Assembly (NCBI GenBank): GCA_964492135.1
Contig: CAZBJW010000004.1
Location: 294-64,293 of the forward strand
Origin: an uncultured Anaerolineales bacterium
GTDB lineage: Bacteria > Chloroflexota > Anaerolineae > UBA7937 > B3-Chlor
DNA: 64,000 nt
Reading direction: 5' to 3'
Notes under the pieces: model-generated
Seen by the model: only the letters and a program-made list of their open reading frames with translations
The model's database searches: none
What the model was told of the DNA's origin: nothing
Shown here: piece after piece, positions 46,237 to 55,409 of the stretch
Numbering within the stretch: position 1 is the first letter of the stretch
How the letters are laid out: every line of letters starts with the position of its first letter
Made by a program: the position numbers and the translations under genes

Positions 46237-46265
46237 TTCGCCCGATTGGTGTCAGGATAGAAACG

Positions 46266-46949
46266 ATGCAAATCGCGCGTTCAGATACCTTTATCCAAGA
46301 CAAACGTCTGTATCTCGTCATCAAACGAGGCATGGACATCGTCGGTGCCCTAGTGGGCCTGATCCTGTTCGGCCCCCTGATGCTCATCATCGCCATCGCC
46401 ATCAAGTTGGATTCCCGCGGTCCGGTCCTCTTTGTGCAGAAGGCGATCGGCAAAGATGGCAAACCCTTCAACATGATCAAATTTCGTTCGATGTATCACG
46501 GGGCCGACGAGACTGAACACCGGCGCTTTGTCGAAGCCTTTGTGCAGGGCGAGAAGACCGGTCGTGACATTGATCCACGGACTGGTGAGCCGGCTTACAA
46601 AATCGTCGACGATCCCCGAATTACGCGTGCGGGTCATTTTCTGCGCCGGACCGGGCTGGACGAGGCACCCCAGTTCTTCAATGTCCTAAAAGGCGACATG
46701 AGCCTGGTGGGGCCTCGTCCCCCACTCCCCTATGAGTACTCCCTGTACGACGATTGGGCCAAACAGCGCTTAGTCGTGCGCCCTGGCATCACCGGTTTGC
46801 ACCAGATCCGGAAGCGCAGCCGGACTAACTTCCGGGAAATGGTGGAGACCGATCTAGAATATATTGAAAAGATGTCATTGTGGCTGGACATCAAGCTTCT
46901 GCTCCTGACGATCCCTGTAATCACTATCCTGGGCAAAGGAGCGTATTGA
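46266..46949 (+). CDS. Small polyprenyl-phosphate sugar-phosphate transferase (PglC/WecP-like bacterial sugar transferase)
   Basis: 227 aa with KRGMDIVGALVGLILFGPLMLIIAIAIKLDSRGPVLFVQ, KFRSM, DDPRITRAGHFLRRTGLDEAPQFFNVLKGDMSLVGPRPPLP. Confidence 0.85.
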   Translation: MQIARSDTFIQDKRLYLVIKRGMDIVGALVGLILFGPLMLIIAIAIKLDSRGPVLFVQKAIGKDGKPFNMIKFRSMYHGADETEHRRFVEAFVQGEKTGRDIDPRTGEPAYKIVDDPRITRAGHFLRRTGLDEAPQFFNVLKGDMSLVGPRPPLPYEYSLYDDWAKQRLVVRPGITGLHQIRKRSRTNFREMVETDLEYIEKMSLWLDIKLLLLTIPVITILGKGAY

Positions 46950-47015
46950 GGAGACAGAGGGGCAAAGGATCTAGACCAGCCGAAACCGAAAGGTTGATAA
47001 GGAAGAAGGCAAGCA

Positions 47016-48101
47016 TTGGAGAGGAAATCTGCAACTCGCAGTTTGAAACCTGGAACCGGCTCAGCAACGTTCAGCGGTCAGCTGGCAGCGGATATTGGTA
47101 TCGGCATTGTGGGCGTTGGCTACTGGGGACCTAATTTAGTCCGAGTGTTCGACCAGCTTGCAGACTGTCAAATCATCAAAGTCTGTGACATGAAACCAGG
47201 GCGTTTGCAGTATATCCGGGACCGCTTCCCAGACTTGGAGCTCACCGATGATTACCAGGACTTGCTAGGCAGCTCGCATATTGATGCCGTCGTGATCGCC
47301 ACACCGGTATCGACTCACCATACTCTAGCAATGGAAGCTCTGAGGGCCGGCAAGCACGTTTTCGTCGAGAAGCCCCTGGCGGCCACCAGCACCGAGGCGG
47401 AAGCCATGGTTAAACTGGCTGCCCGCCAGGGATTGGTGGTGGCCACAGGGCATATCTTCGTGTACCATCCAGCTGTAACTGCAATGAAGAAGACCATTGA
47501 ACGCGGCGAAATCGGCCAGATCTGTTATGCTGAGTCTAGCCGGGTCAACTTAGGCCCACCAGCGTCAAAGGTTAACGTCATCTGGGATCTAGCTGTCCAT
47601 GACGTATCCATCCTGATTTATCTATTTGGGCAGCACCCCGTAGAAGTTACGGCCTATGGCCGGCGCTTCGTTCATCCCACGCTGACAGATGTCGCCTTCA
47701 TTCACCTATGCTTCGCCGATGGTACCATGGCCCAACACCACGTGAGTTGGCTGTCGCCCAACAAAGTGCGCCGCTTCTTCGTCGCAGGCACCGGGGCTTC
47801 GATGATCTTCGATGACACCAAAAGCAGCGGCAAACTGACCATGTTCGATCAGGGTGTGGACAGCCGCATTGGCCTTGGGGACGAGGAGGTGGTGGAGCTA
47901 TATTACAAGCCTGGGGAAGTGTATGTCCCCAAGTTGTCAACTGTTGAACCTTTGAAGATCGAGTGCCAACATTTCCTTGACTGTGTAAGAAAGGAGCACA
48001 GACCGCTTGCGAACGGCGTAGCCGGTCTGAATGTAGTCAAGATTCTAGAGGCTGCCGACTGTTCTATCGCCCAGGACTCGAAACCTGTGAGGCTGACATG
48101 A
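47016..48101 (+). CDS. Gfo/Idh/MocA-family NAD-dependent sugar oxidoreductase (WbpB-like)
   Basis: IGIVGVGYWGPNLVRVF (Rossmann), HVFVEKPLA (EKP motif). The start (TTG at 47016) is uncertain. Confidence 0.8.
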   Translation: MERKSATRSLKPGTGSATFSGQLAADIGIGIVGVGYWGPNLVRVFDQLADCQIIKVCDMKPGRLQYIRDRFPDLELTDDYQDLLGSSHIDAVVIATPVSTHHTLAMEALRAGKHVFVEKPLAATSTEAEAMVKLAARQGLVVATGHIFVYHPAVTAMKKTIERGEIGQICYAESSRVNLGPPASKVNVIWDLAVHDVSILIYLFGQHPVEVTAYGRRFVHPTLTDVAFIHLCFADGTMAQHHVSWLSPNKVRRFFVAGTGASMIFDDTKSSGKLTMFDQGVDSRIGLGDEEVVELYYKPGEVYVPKLSTVEPLKIECQHFLDCVRKEHRPLANGVAGLNVVKILEAADCSIAQDSKPVRLT

Positions 48102-49210
48102 AAGTTTTGGTGACAGGTGGAGCTGGCTTCATCGGCTCTCACACTGTAGATCTATTATTGGAAAAGGGATATGAAGTACGAGTTTTCGATAATTTGACTT
48201 CACCTGTTCACCGGGACAGGCAAATCCCAGATTACGTGCCCCTAGATGATGTGGAGTTCATCCGCGGCGATGTGCGGGATAAAGGGACATGGGGTAAGGC
48301 TCTAAAGGGCGTGGACTTCGTTTTCCATTTGGCCGCCTACCAGGATTACCTCCCCGATTTCTCTAAGTTTTTCCACGTCAATAGCGTGGGAACGGCGCTG
48401 CTCTATCAGCTAATCGTGGAGAAGAAATATCCTGTTCAGAAGATTGTCGTAGCTTCCTCTCAAGCCACCTACGGCGAAGGTAAATATGAATGTCCTAAAC
48501 ACGGAGCCCAATATCCGGGGCCGCGCTCTCTCGAACAATTAATGAACGGGAAGTGGGAACTTCAATGCCCCATTTGTCGGGAGGAGATGAAGCCTCTGCC
48601 GACCGATGAATCTGCGATAAATCCCCATAACCAGTATGCGATATCCAAATACACCCAGGAGATGATTGCCCTTGGTCTGGGCAAGCGCTATCGTATCCCT
48701 ACCGTATGTGCGCGCTATTCCATTACTCAGGGCGCGCGGCAGTCCTTCCGCAACGCCTACTCCGGCATCCTGCGCATCTTCACCATGCGCTTACTGAATA
48801 ACAAACCTCCCATCGTGTATGAGGACGGGCAGCAGTTGCGGGACTATGTCTATGTGGGCGATGTGGCAAGAGCAAATCTCCTTGTCATGGAGGACGACCG
48901 TGCCGATTACCAAGTCTTTAACGTGGGCGGGAACAAGGTCACTACCGTCTTAGAATACGCCCATCTGCTTGCCGAGAAGCTTGGCAAGGACACTGAGCCA
49001 ATGATCCCAGGCGAATTCCGCTTTGGCGACACGCGCCACATCATCTCCGACATCGACAAGCTGCGAGCTCTTGGCTGGGAGCCAGTCACGCCGTTGGAGC
49101 AAATCATCGAGGAGTATATCGAGTGGGCACGAAAACAACCGGACTTTGAAGATTATTACGTCGAAGCAGAGAGGGCCATGAAGGAGATGGGGGTCATCAG
49201 GATGGCCTAA
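48098..49210 (+). CDS. Extended SDR nucleotide-sugar epimerase/dehydratase carrying a Cys/His-rich insertion
   Basis: MKVLVTGGAGFIGSHTV, SSQATYGEG, catalytic YAISK. Between them sits a ~35 aa insert, KYECPKHGAQYPGPRSLEQLMNGKWELQCPICREEM. Confidence 0.8.
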   Translation: MKVLVTGGAGFIGSHTVDLLLEKGYEVRVFDNLTSPVHRDRQIPDYVPLDDVEFIRGDVRDKGTWGKALKGVDFVFHLAAYQDYLPDFSKFFHVNSVGTALLYQLIVEKKYPVQKIVVASSQATYGEGKYECPKHGAQYPGPRSLEQLMNGKWELQCPICREEMKPLPTDESAINPHNQYAISKYTQEMIALGLGKRYRIPTVCARYSITQGARQSFRNAYSGILRIFTMRLLNNKPPIVYEDGQQLRDYVYVGDVARANLLVMEDDRADYQVFNVGGNKVTTVLEYAHLLAEKLGKDTEPMIPGEFRFGDTRHIISDIDKLRALGWEPVTPLEQIIEEYIEWARKQPDFEDYYVEAERAMKEMGVIRMA

Positions 49211-49252
49211 GCGGGATTGCCAACGGGGGCCCAGGGAGAAGGAGTTGAGACC

Positions 49253-50137
49253 TTAGCAAGTTTGCCATTTTAGTTGCTCTCCATATGTGGCATGAGGTTT
49301 GAACGGGTGTTGGCACTCCTCGATGGTGCTTCCTAAGAGCTGCATCTTCGAAAGGTTGCTTGTCCCAAGGCCTTTCGCCTCGCAGTAGTTCAAGTATCCT
49401 ACCCCGGAGGGGTCGAAGCCCATGATCTTAGCCGCGACACAATCCGCAGCGAGGAAGTCGGTGCTGGCAATAGCGATGCCTAATTCTACCGGTTCGCCAA
49501 AGGCGGGGCCATTCCCTTCCATCCCCAGGAAGCCGTCAATGACACTGAGGTGGGGTGGGATGATTTTGGCCAACTCGAAGAGGCTGAGATTCATGGCCCG
49601 ATAACCTTGGTGTAGGGCTTTCTTGTCATGCCCTTGTTCATCCCAAATTAGGCTGCCTACTACCATATTCTTCAGCGAAAGCGTGACAATGACGCTATCG
49701 TGAGTTTTGGGCGGGCAGACGGAAATGCGATAGTTGCTCTCTACAACTGTCTTGGCCACCCTGAGAAAAAACGGTCGTAATTGTCGATTGTATACCTGCA
49801 CCTCAACATAGTCATCGTGATCCAAATCCAAGAACTCAACATCATAGCTCTTCCCCAGCTCGAGATAGCCAGCGTCTAGGAAAGCCTGCATAGTGTCTAT
49901 GGCCCCCGAACCCTCGCCGATGCAAACTTTGCCTGCGCCTTTCTGTCTGAGGAAATCCAACACGGCTCTGATGGCATCGACATGGGTGATGGCCACCGGG
50001 CGTTTCGGGTAGCCCAGGTTAGGCTTTACCAGGATTTTGCTTCTTGATACCACCTCTATGTCAGATTCGACTAGATTGAGTGCTCGAAGGACGTTCTCAT
50101 ACCTGTCCGTTCCTTTGACCAATGAGACTCTGACCAT
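49253..50137 (-). CDS. DUF362-domain protein
   Basis: 294 aa with ILVKPNLGYP, THVDAIRAVLDFLRQKG and GFLGMEGNGP. Only sizeable minus-strand gene inside the glycan locus. Confidence 0.6.
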   Translation of the reverse strand: MVRVSLVKGTDRYENVLRALNLVESDIEVVSRSKILVKPNLGYPKRPVAITHVDAIRAVLDFLRQKGAGKVCIGEGSGAIDTMQAFLDAGYLELGKSYDVEFLDLDHDDYVEVQVYNRQLRPFFLRVAKTVVESNYRISVCPPKTHDSVIVTLSLKNMVVGSLIWDEQGHDKKALHQGYRAMNLSLFELAKIIPPHLSVIDGFLGMEGNGPAFGEPVELGIAIASTDFLAADCVAAKIMGFDPSGVGYLNYCEAKGLGTSNLSKMQLLGSTIEECQHPFKPHATYGEQLKWQTC

Positions 50138-50311
50138 CCTAAGCCCAAGCCCCTTGAGAACTAGTTAAGTCCAACTAAATTATACTACTCTATGGGGCAA
50201 ATCCAAACCATGAATGTCAAAGGATTCTTGATCGTGACTTCCGCAAGGTGACGTTAGTCGAATAGTGGCTCCTCTGTATGATCCTGGGTCCGTTTGGATT
50301 AGTAGAAGACT

Positions 50312-51037
50312 ATGAAAGCGATCATCTTGGTAGCTGGTGAAGGAACACGTTTGCGGCCTCTGACCTTCGATTGCCCCAAAGCTCTGCTGCCTATCGCGAG
50401 CAAGCCGTTACTGGAGCACACCATTGATTTGCTCAAGTGTCATGGGATAGCCCAGATTGCCCTCAACCTCCACCACAAGCCCGAAGTCATCACGAAGCAC
50501 TTTGGCGACGGGCGGGATTTCGGGGTAGAGATAACGTATTCCCTAGAGGAGTCCATCTTGGGTACGGCCGGGGCAGTCAAGAAGTTAGAGGGCTACTTCG
50601 ATGACACCTTCGTTGTGGTTTACGGCGATGTCTTGACCAATGTTAACATACGGAGCCTTGTAAGTTTCCATGATATACAAAGGGGATTGGGTACCATCGC
50701 TGTATATCAGGTGGATGACCCTTCAGCTTGTGGCCTCGTTGAATTGGGCGATCATTGGAGGATAACCCGCTTCGCGGAGAAGCCACCGCCTGATGAGATC
50801 TTCACCGATCTAGCCAACACAGGGATATTCGTCTTGGAACCAGAGGTTATCGATTATATTCCATCTGGCACCTTTTATGATTTCGGCCATGATCTCTTCC
50901 CAAGGCTTCTTGAAGAAGGCGTCCCCATGTACGGTTATCCCATCTCTGATACCGATTACCTCCTCGATATTGGGACGATAGATCACTACGAGAGAGCGCA
51001 ACGGGAGTGGCCTGTCATTTGTGGGTCACCGGCTTAA
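50312..51037 (+). CDS. hddC: Sugar-1-phosphate nucleotidyltransferase (HddC-like, heptose-1-P guanylyltransferase candidate)
   Basis: MKAIILVAGEGTRLRPLTFDCPKALLPIASKPLLEHTIDLL. Context includes GHMP kinase, SIS isomerase and HAD phosphatase genes. Confidence 0.65.
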   Translation: MKAIILVAGEGTRLRPLTFDCPKALLPIASKPLLEHTIDLLKCHGIAQIALNLHHKPEVITKHFGDGRDFGVEITYSLEESILGTAGAVKKLEGYFDDTFVVVYGDVLTNVNIRSLVSFHDIQRGLGTIAVYQVDDPSACGLVELGDHWRITRFAEKPPPDEIFTDLANTGIFVLEPEVIDYIPSGTFYDFGHDLFPRLLEEGVPMYGYPISDTDYLLDIGTIDHYERAQREWPVICGSPA

Positions 51038-51163
51038 GTTCCTCGATACCTCCACCATGCTTTATTCCACAAACCAGATAGTTGGGGACGTTAACAATCC
51101 ATAGATCCAGTATGGGTGGTTGGTCGCCATAGTTTTTTCGACAACGGGAGGTAATGATATCAC

Positions 51164-52195
51164 ATGCTGATTGTCCGGACACCGGTAAGGATAAGCTTCG
51201 CCGGCGGGGGCACCGATTTGGAAGCGTACTATGGTCGCTACGGTGGCTGCGTGGTCAGTACCACCATTGACAAATACTTCTACGTCTTCCTGAACGTCAA
51301 CGAGGATGATGACATCCAGATCAACTCGTCCGACTACCACACCTTCTATCGCCATAATCCTGACCAAGTCCTGCTGGTGGACGGTGATCTGGCTCTGCCC
51401 AAGGCGGTCTTGAATCACTTCGGCATCCACAAGGGCCTCTCCATGTTTCTGGCCTCGGAGATCCCGCCGGGTACGGGTCTGGGCTCCTCCGGCAGCGTGG
51501 CCGTAGCCATGGTCAAAGCGATCAGCACCGCCTGTGGCTTGAACCTCCCCAAAGAGGAGATCGCCGAGCTGGCTTGCCACATTGAGATCGACAAGTTGGG
51601 CATGCCCGTGGGCAAGCAGGACCAGTACGCAGCCGCCTTTGGGGGATTTAACTTCATCACCTTCACCTCGGAAGGGATTGTAGTGGAACCCCTAAGTATC
51701 GCCCCTGAAATCCGGCGTCACCTGAAGAAAAGCCTGCTCCTTTTCTTTACCGGTTCCAGCCGTGATTCTGCCAAGATTCTTAAGGAGCAGAAGAGGTCAA
51801 GCGAGAAAGATGACCCCCAGGTCATTGCCGCGCTACATGCCGCAAAGGAGACGGCCCTTGAGCTCAAAGCCTGCCTTGAGCGGGGTGACCTGCGTCGGTT
51901 CGGTGAGCTGTTGGATCTCACCTGGCAGCATAAGAAGCGTTTTGCTTCTGGCATTACCAACCCTCTCATCGACGAGTGCTACGCGCTGGCCCTGGCCAAC
52001 GGGGCTTTAGGAGGGAAAATCACGGGAGCCGGTGGCGGTGGTTTCCTAATGTTATATTGTGAAGAAGAATATCGAGACCAAGTAACAAAGATTCTGGAGG
52101 AAAAAGGCCTCAAGCGTATGGATTTCCACTTTGAAACCGAGGGAGCGAGGATCCTGGTCAATGCCGGGCTCAGCTTGACCGCCAGCGGAGCGTAG
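51164..52195 (+). CDS. hddA: GHMP-family sugar kinase (HddA-like, D-glycero-D-manno-heptose 7-phosphate kinase candidate)
   Basis: MLIVRTPVRISFAGGGTDLEAYYGRYGGCVVSTTIDKYFYV, GHMP motif IPPGTGLGSSGSVAVA, C-terminal GKITGAGGGGFLM. Confidence 0.7.
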   Translation: MLIVRTPVRISFAGGGTDLEAYYGRYGGCVVSTTIDKYFYVFLNVNEDDDIQINSSDYHTFYRHNPDQVLLVDGDLALPKAVLNHFGIHKGLSMFLASEIPPGTGLGSSGSVAVAMVKAISTACGLNLPKEEIAELACHIEIDKLGMPVGKQDQYAAAFGGFNFITFTSEGIVVEPLSIAPEIRRHLKKSLLLFFTGSSRDSAKILKEQKRSSEKDDPQVIAALHAAKETALELKACLERGDLRRFGELLDLTWQHKKRFASGITNPLIDECYALALANGALGGKITGAGGGGFLMLYCEEEYRDQVTKILEEKGLKRMDFHFETEGARILVNAGLSLTASGA

Positions 52196-52223
52196 GCTTC
52201 CAATCTGGGGTGGACAAGACACC

Positions 52224-53639
52224 ATGTACAAAAGGAACCAATACCTTTGTCTTCGTGCGGGTTTGATTGTGCTAGACACCGTCGCTATCGGGGGTGCTCT
52301 ATTCTTAGCCTACAACCTTCGCTTCAGGAGTGGCCTGCTACCGTTTGTGGAGCGCTATAGTCCTGTCCAGGGCGTTTACGTAATGGTTATTCTCATGGCC
52401 ATCCCCATCTGGATTCTCATATTTGCGCTCAACGGCCTGTATGATCCTCACAATTTGTTGGGAGGGCCTCAGGAGTACGCCAAGGTGGTCAACGCCAGCT
52501 CTTTCGGGGTGTTGGGTCTCGTGGTGCTTACGTTCTTCCAACGTGACCTCATCGTGTCCCGGAGCTGGCTACTCCTCTCATGGCTACTGGCCACCATATT
52601 TGCTGGGACGGCCCGGTTCACCGCGCGGCGTATTGTGTTCGGCTTGCGCAGGCAAGGCCTCTTCATTACTAAGGTCCTCATCGTTGGGGTCAACGAGCAA
52701 GCCAGAGCCATCGCTAATCAATTGCACTCTCCCAGTGACTCGGGGGTGGAAGTCTTGGGCTTTGTGGACGATTTCCTGCCTTCGGGGACCAAGGTGATGG
52801 GGGATCTGAAGGTCTTGGGCCCGCCCACGGCCCTGGCCAAATTGGCGGAAAAGACAGATGCCAGTGAAATCATCGTTGTGCCCAGCGCTATGGCCTGGGA
52901 AAGCTTCCAGGAGACCATACAAAGCACCGCCTCAGCCCTTAATAGCGTGGAGGTGAAGCTTTCCCCCGGCTTCTACGAGATCCTGACCACGGGAGTGCGG
53001 GTGAGCCACAAGAACTTCATCCCCTTGCTCACGGTGGAGAAAGTACGTCTCACCGGCATTGATGCCCTTCTCAAAACTATCCTCGATTACGGGGGGGGCT
53101 TATTGTTGACCCTGCTCTTGGCTCCTCTGATGGCGATCGTTGCCCTGCTTATCAAGCTCAGCGGGCCCGGACCCATCGTTGACCCACATCCAGTGGTAGG
53201 ATGCCGTGGGGTGACCTTCCGTACCTGGAAATTCCGCGTCCGCTTTGTACCAGTCTCCTCCAAAGGTGGAAGTACCAGCTCAACGGCCCCCGAGCTGCAC
53301 TGCGCCCACCCACTTGATCGGTGGCTCTTTCGCACAGGCTTGGATAAGCTCCCCCAGCTTTTCAACCTCCTACGAGGGCAGATGAGCCTGGTAGGACCCC
53401 GTAACATCCCAGTAGAACGGGCAGCGGCCTACGAACGATGGCTGACAAGCCTTATGGCGGTCAAGCCAGGGATCACAGGCCCTTGGATGGTGGTCGGCCC
53501 AGATGTAGATTCCGTGGAGGTAGAAATACGCTGGGACATATACTATATCCGGAACTGGACCATCTGGCTGGACCTTCAGATCTTATTTCAGACGCTTCTA
53601 CGCATCCTGCGTGGGCAACGTCCAGTGGGAAGTCGATGA
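52224..53639 (+). CDS. WbaP-like polyprenyl glycosylphosphotransferase paralog with degenerate catalytic motifs
   Basis: 471 aa with N-terminal TM bundle, central Rossmann-like VLIVGVNEQA and a C-terminal PGT fold. However it reads LDKLPQ instead of LDELPQ (D374 K375, nt 53343-53348), KFRVR instead of KFRSM, GPRN instead of GPRP, HPLDR instead of DPR.T, and PWMVVGPD instead of LWQV.GR. Confidence 0.75.
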   Translation: MYKRNQYLCLRAGLIVLDTVAIGGALFLAYNLRFRSGLLPFVERYSPVQGVYVMVILMAIPIWILIFALNGLYDPHNLLGGPQEYAKVVNASSFGVLGLVVLTFFQRDLIVSRSWLLLSWLLATIFAGTARFTARRIVFGLRRQGLFITKVLIVGVNEQARAIANQLHSPSDSGVEVLGFVDDFLPSGTKVMGDLKVLGPPTALAKLAEKTDASEIIVVPSAMAWESFQETIQSTASALNSVEVKLSPGFYEILTTGVRVSHKNFIPLLTVEKVRLTGIDALLKTILDYGGGLLLTLLLAPLMAIVALLIKLSGPGPIVDPHPVVGCRGVTFRTWKFRVRFVPVSSKGGSTSSTAPELHCAHPLDRWLFRTGLDKLPQLFNLLRGQMSLVGPRNIPVERAAAYERWLTSLMAVKPGITGPWMVVGPDVDSVEVEIRWDIYYIRNWTIWLDLQILFQTLLRILRGQRPVGSR

Positions 53640-53674
53640 CAAGGAATCAACCTATCCCGTCCAGGAGGTAAGGG

Positions 53675-54238
53675 ATGGACCCCGTGGCCGAGTACCTGGC
53701 TGAAGTGGAACAGATGGTAGCTCGCATGCCCCAGGATCAGATTCAGCAGGTTGTTGAGGTTCTATTGGATGCTTGGCGCCATCAGAAGCAAGTGTTCATT
53801 ATTGGAAACGGGGGGAGCGCAGCCACTGCTTCTCACTTTGCCAACGATCTCAATAAAGGGACGATGGTTCCTGGGAAACGTCGCTTTCGGGCTATATCTC
53901 TCACCGACAACGTACCTTTGATAACCGCCTGGGCCAACGACACGGCCTATGAGAACATCTTCGCGGAACAATTGCTCAATTTCCTGCGGGAGGGGGACGT
54001 GGTCATCGCCATGAGCACCAGTGGCAACTCGGCCAACGTCTTGCGGGCCGTGGAAGTCGGCCGGGCCGCAGGAGCCATCACCATTGGTTGGACCGGCCAA
54101 CCAGGCGGGCGCCTAGGGGATTTGGTCGATCACTGCATCCACGTCCCGACGGAGTGTATGGAACAAATCGAAGATGCCCACATGGTGTTGGACCACGTCA
54201 TCACCACAACCTTGCGCCGGGTGATTGCCAACATGTAA
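53675..54238 (+). CDS. gmhA: SIS-domain phosphoheptose isomerase
   Basis: 187 aa with VFIIGNGGSAATASHFANDL, VVIAMSTSGNSANV and IEDAHMVLDHV. Confidence 0.8.
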   Translation: MDPVAEYLAEVEQMVARMPQDQIQQVVEVLLDAWRHQKQVFIIGNGGSAATASHFANDLNKGTMVPGKRRFRAISLTDNVPLITAWANDTAYENIFAEQLLNFLREGDVVIAMSTSGNSANVLRAVEVGRAAGAITIGWTGQPGGRLGDLVDHCIHVPTECMEQIEDAHMVLDHVITTTLRRVIANM

Positions 54239-54296
54239 GCCAGCTTGTCTAACTCAAGCGAGGGGGAGAGTGCGGGACCGTAAAGGGTCAAAGCCT

Positions 54297-54476
54297 TTGA
54301 ATAAGCGATGGGGCTCCTTTGTAGCAGGGGCAACAAATTTCCTTTTATGGATTCTCATCTCTCTGTTGGCTATCGCCTTTATCAGAGAGCATCCTTATCT
54401 TGGTCTGGCCATAGCGCTGGCAGGAGGGGTAATCGTAGGCCTTGCCTCCTCAACCGCATTCGAGTCTAAGCCCTAG
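54297..54476 (+). CDS. Small two-TM membrane protein, paralog A (TTG start inferred from paralog)
   Basis: (M)NKRWGSFVAGATNFLLWILISLLAIAFIREHPYLGLAIALAGGVIVGLASSTAFESKP aligns end to end with the 58294-58476 product. Confidence 0.5.
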   Translation: MNKRWGSFVAGATNFLLWILISLLAIAFIREHPYLGLAIALAGGVIVGLASSTAFESKP

Positions 54477-54504
54477 CGGGTTGCCATTATTGGCGGAGGA
54501 GCTT

Positions 54505-55068
54505 ATGCGGCCAACTATCCTTCTGGATCGTGACGGGGTGATCAACGAAAACCGCCGAGACTACGTGAAGAGCTGAGATGAATTTGTCTTCTTACCGAGG
54601 GCGCTTCCCTCCCTGCGCTGGTTAGCCAGAACGCCTTTCGCTACCATAGTTGTCTCTAACCAATCGGCTATCGACAGAGGTTTGGTGTCGTTAGAGGAGG
54701 TGGATCACATCAATGATCGTATGCCGAGGGAGATTGAGGAAGCGAATGGTAGGGTAGACGGTATTTACATTTGCCCCGATCGTCCAGATGAGGGGCGTGA
54801 CTGTCGGAAACCGAAGGTGGGCCTCCTCTATCAGGCAGCTGATGAATTGGGCATCGATCTGGCATTCTCCTACCTGGTGGGAGACGCCTTGTCTGACATA
54901 GAGGCTGCTCTTGCGGCGGGATGCACTCCCGTTCTCGTACTCACCAAGCGGGGACGGAAAGAACCACCGAAGGTTCGTCATGCTGGGCGAACTGGCTTTT
55001 TCCAAGCGGCAGACCTAGCAGAAAGCATCGACTTGATCCTGGAGTTATCCTCCGGTCGTCGATCATAG
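54505..55068 (+). pseudogene. gmhB: D,D-heptose 1,7-bisphosphate phosphatase (HAD) paralog interrupted by one in-frame TGA
   Basis: MRPTILLDRDGVINENRRDYVKS-TGA(54574-54576)-DEFVFLP...VVSNQSAIDRG...YICPDRPDEGRDCRKPKVGLL...YLVGDALSDIEAA. The intact paralog has Trp (TGG) at the TGA position. Confidence 0.75.
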
Positions 55069-55409
55069 CAGCGCCATCTCCCATCGAGACTCTGTGTTAA
55101 CGTCTTTGGCTTGGAGTGACAGAAGATACACGAATGCGAATTAGAAGGTGCTGATACCTGTCCATGCATCATCCGGGTTGAGTGGGCTTGCCAATAGGCA
55201 AGGCAGAGGACTACGTGATAAAGAGTAACGCTAAGCCAAAGTGACCATCCTCAGCCAGATACAGGTAGCTCATCTCGCCATAGCGCACGCAGTACTTCTT
55301 AGCCTTGCCGACGAACGGGGTATCACCGCTGACCAATCGATAGGCTTCATGTTGCCGGAGGAAGTGCCAGCCAAGAAGATGGGAATCAAGTAGGAGTTTG
55401 GAGGGATAG

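Noticed and set aside
54574-54576. TGA in gmhB copy 1 as a selenocysteine codon
   Set aside because: The paralog has Trp, not Cys, at this position. HAD phosphatases are not selenoproteins, and I see no SECIS-like hairpin immediately downstream.
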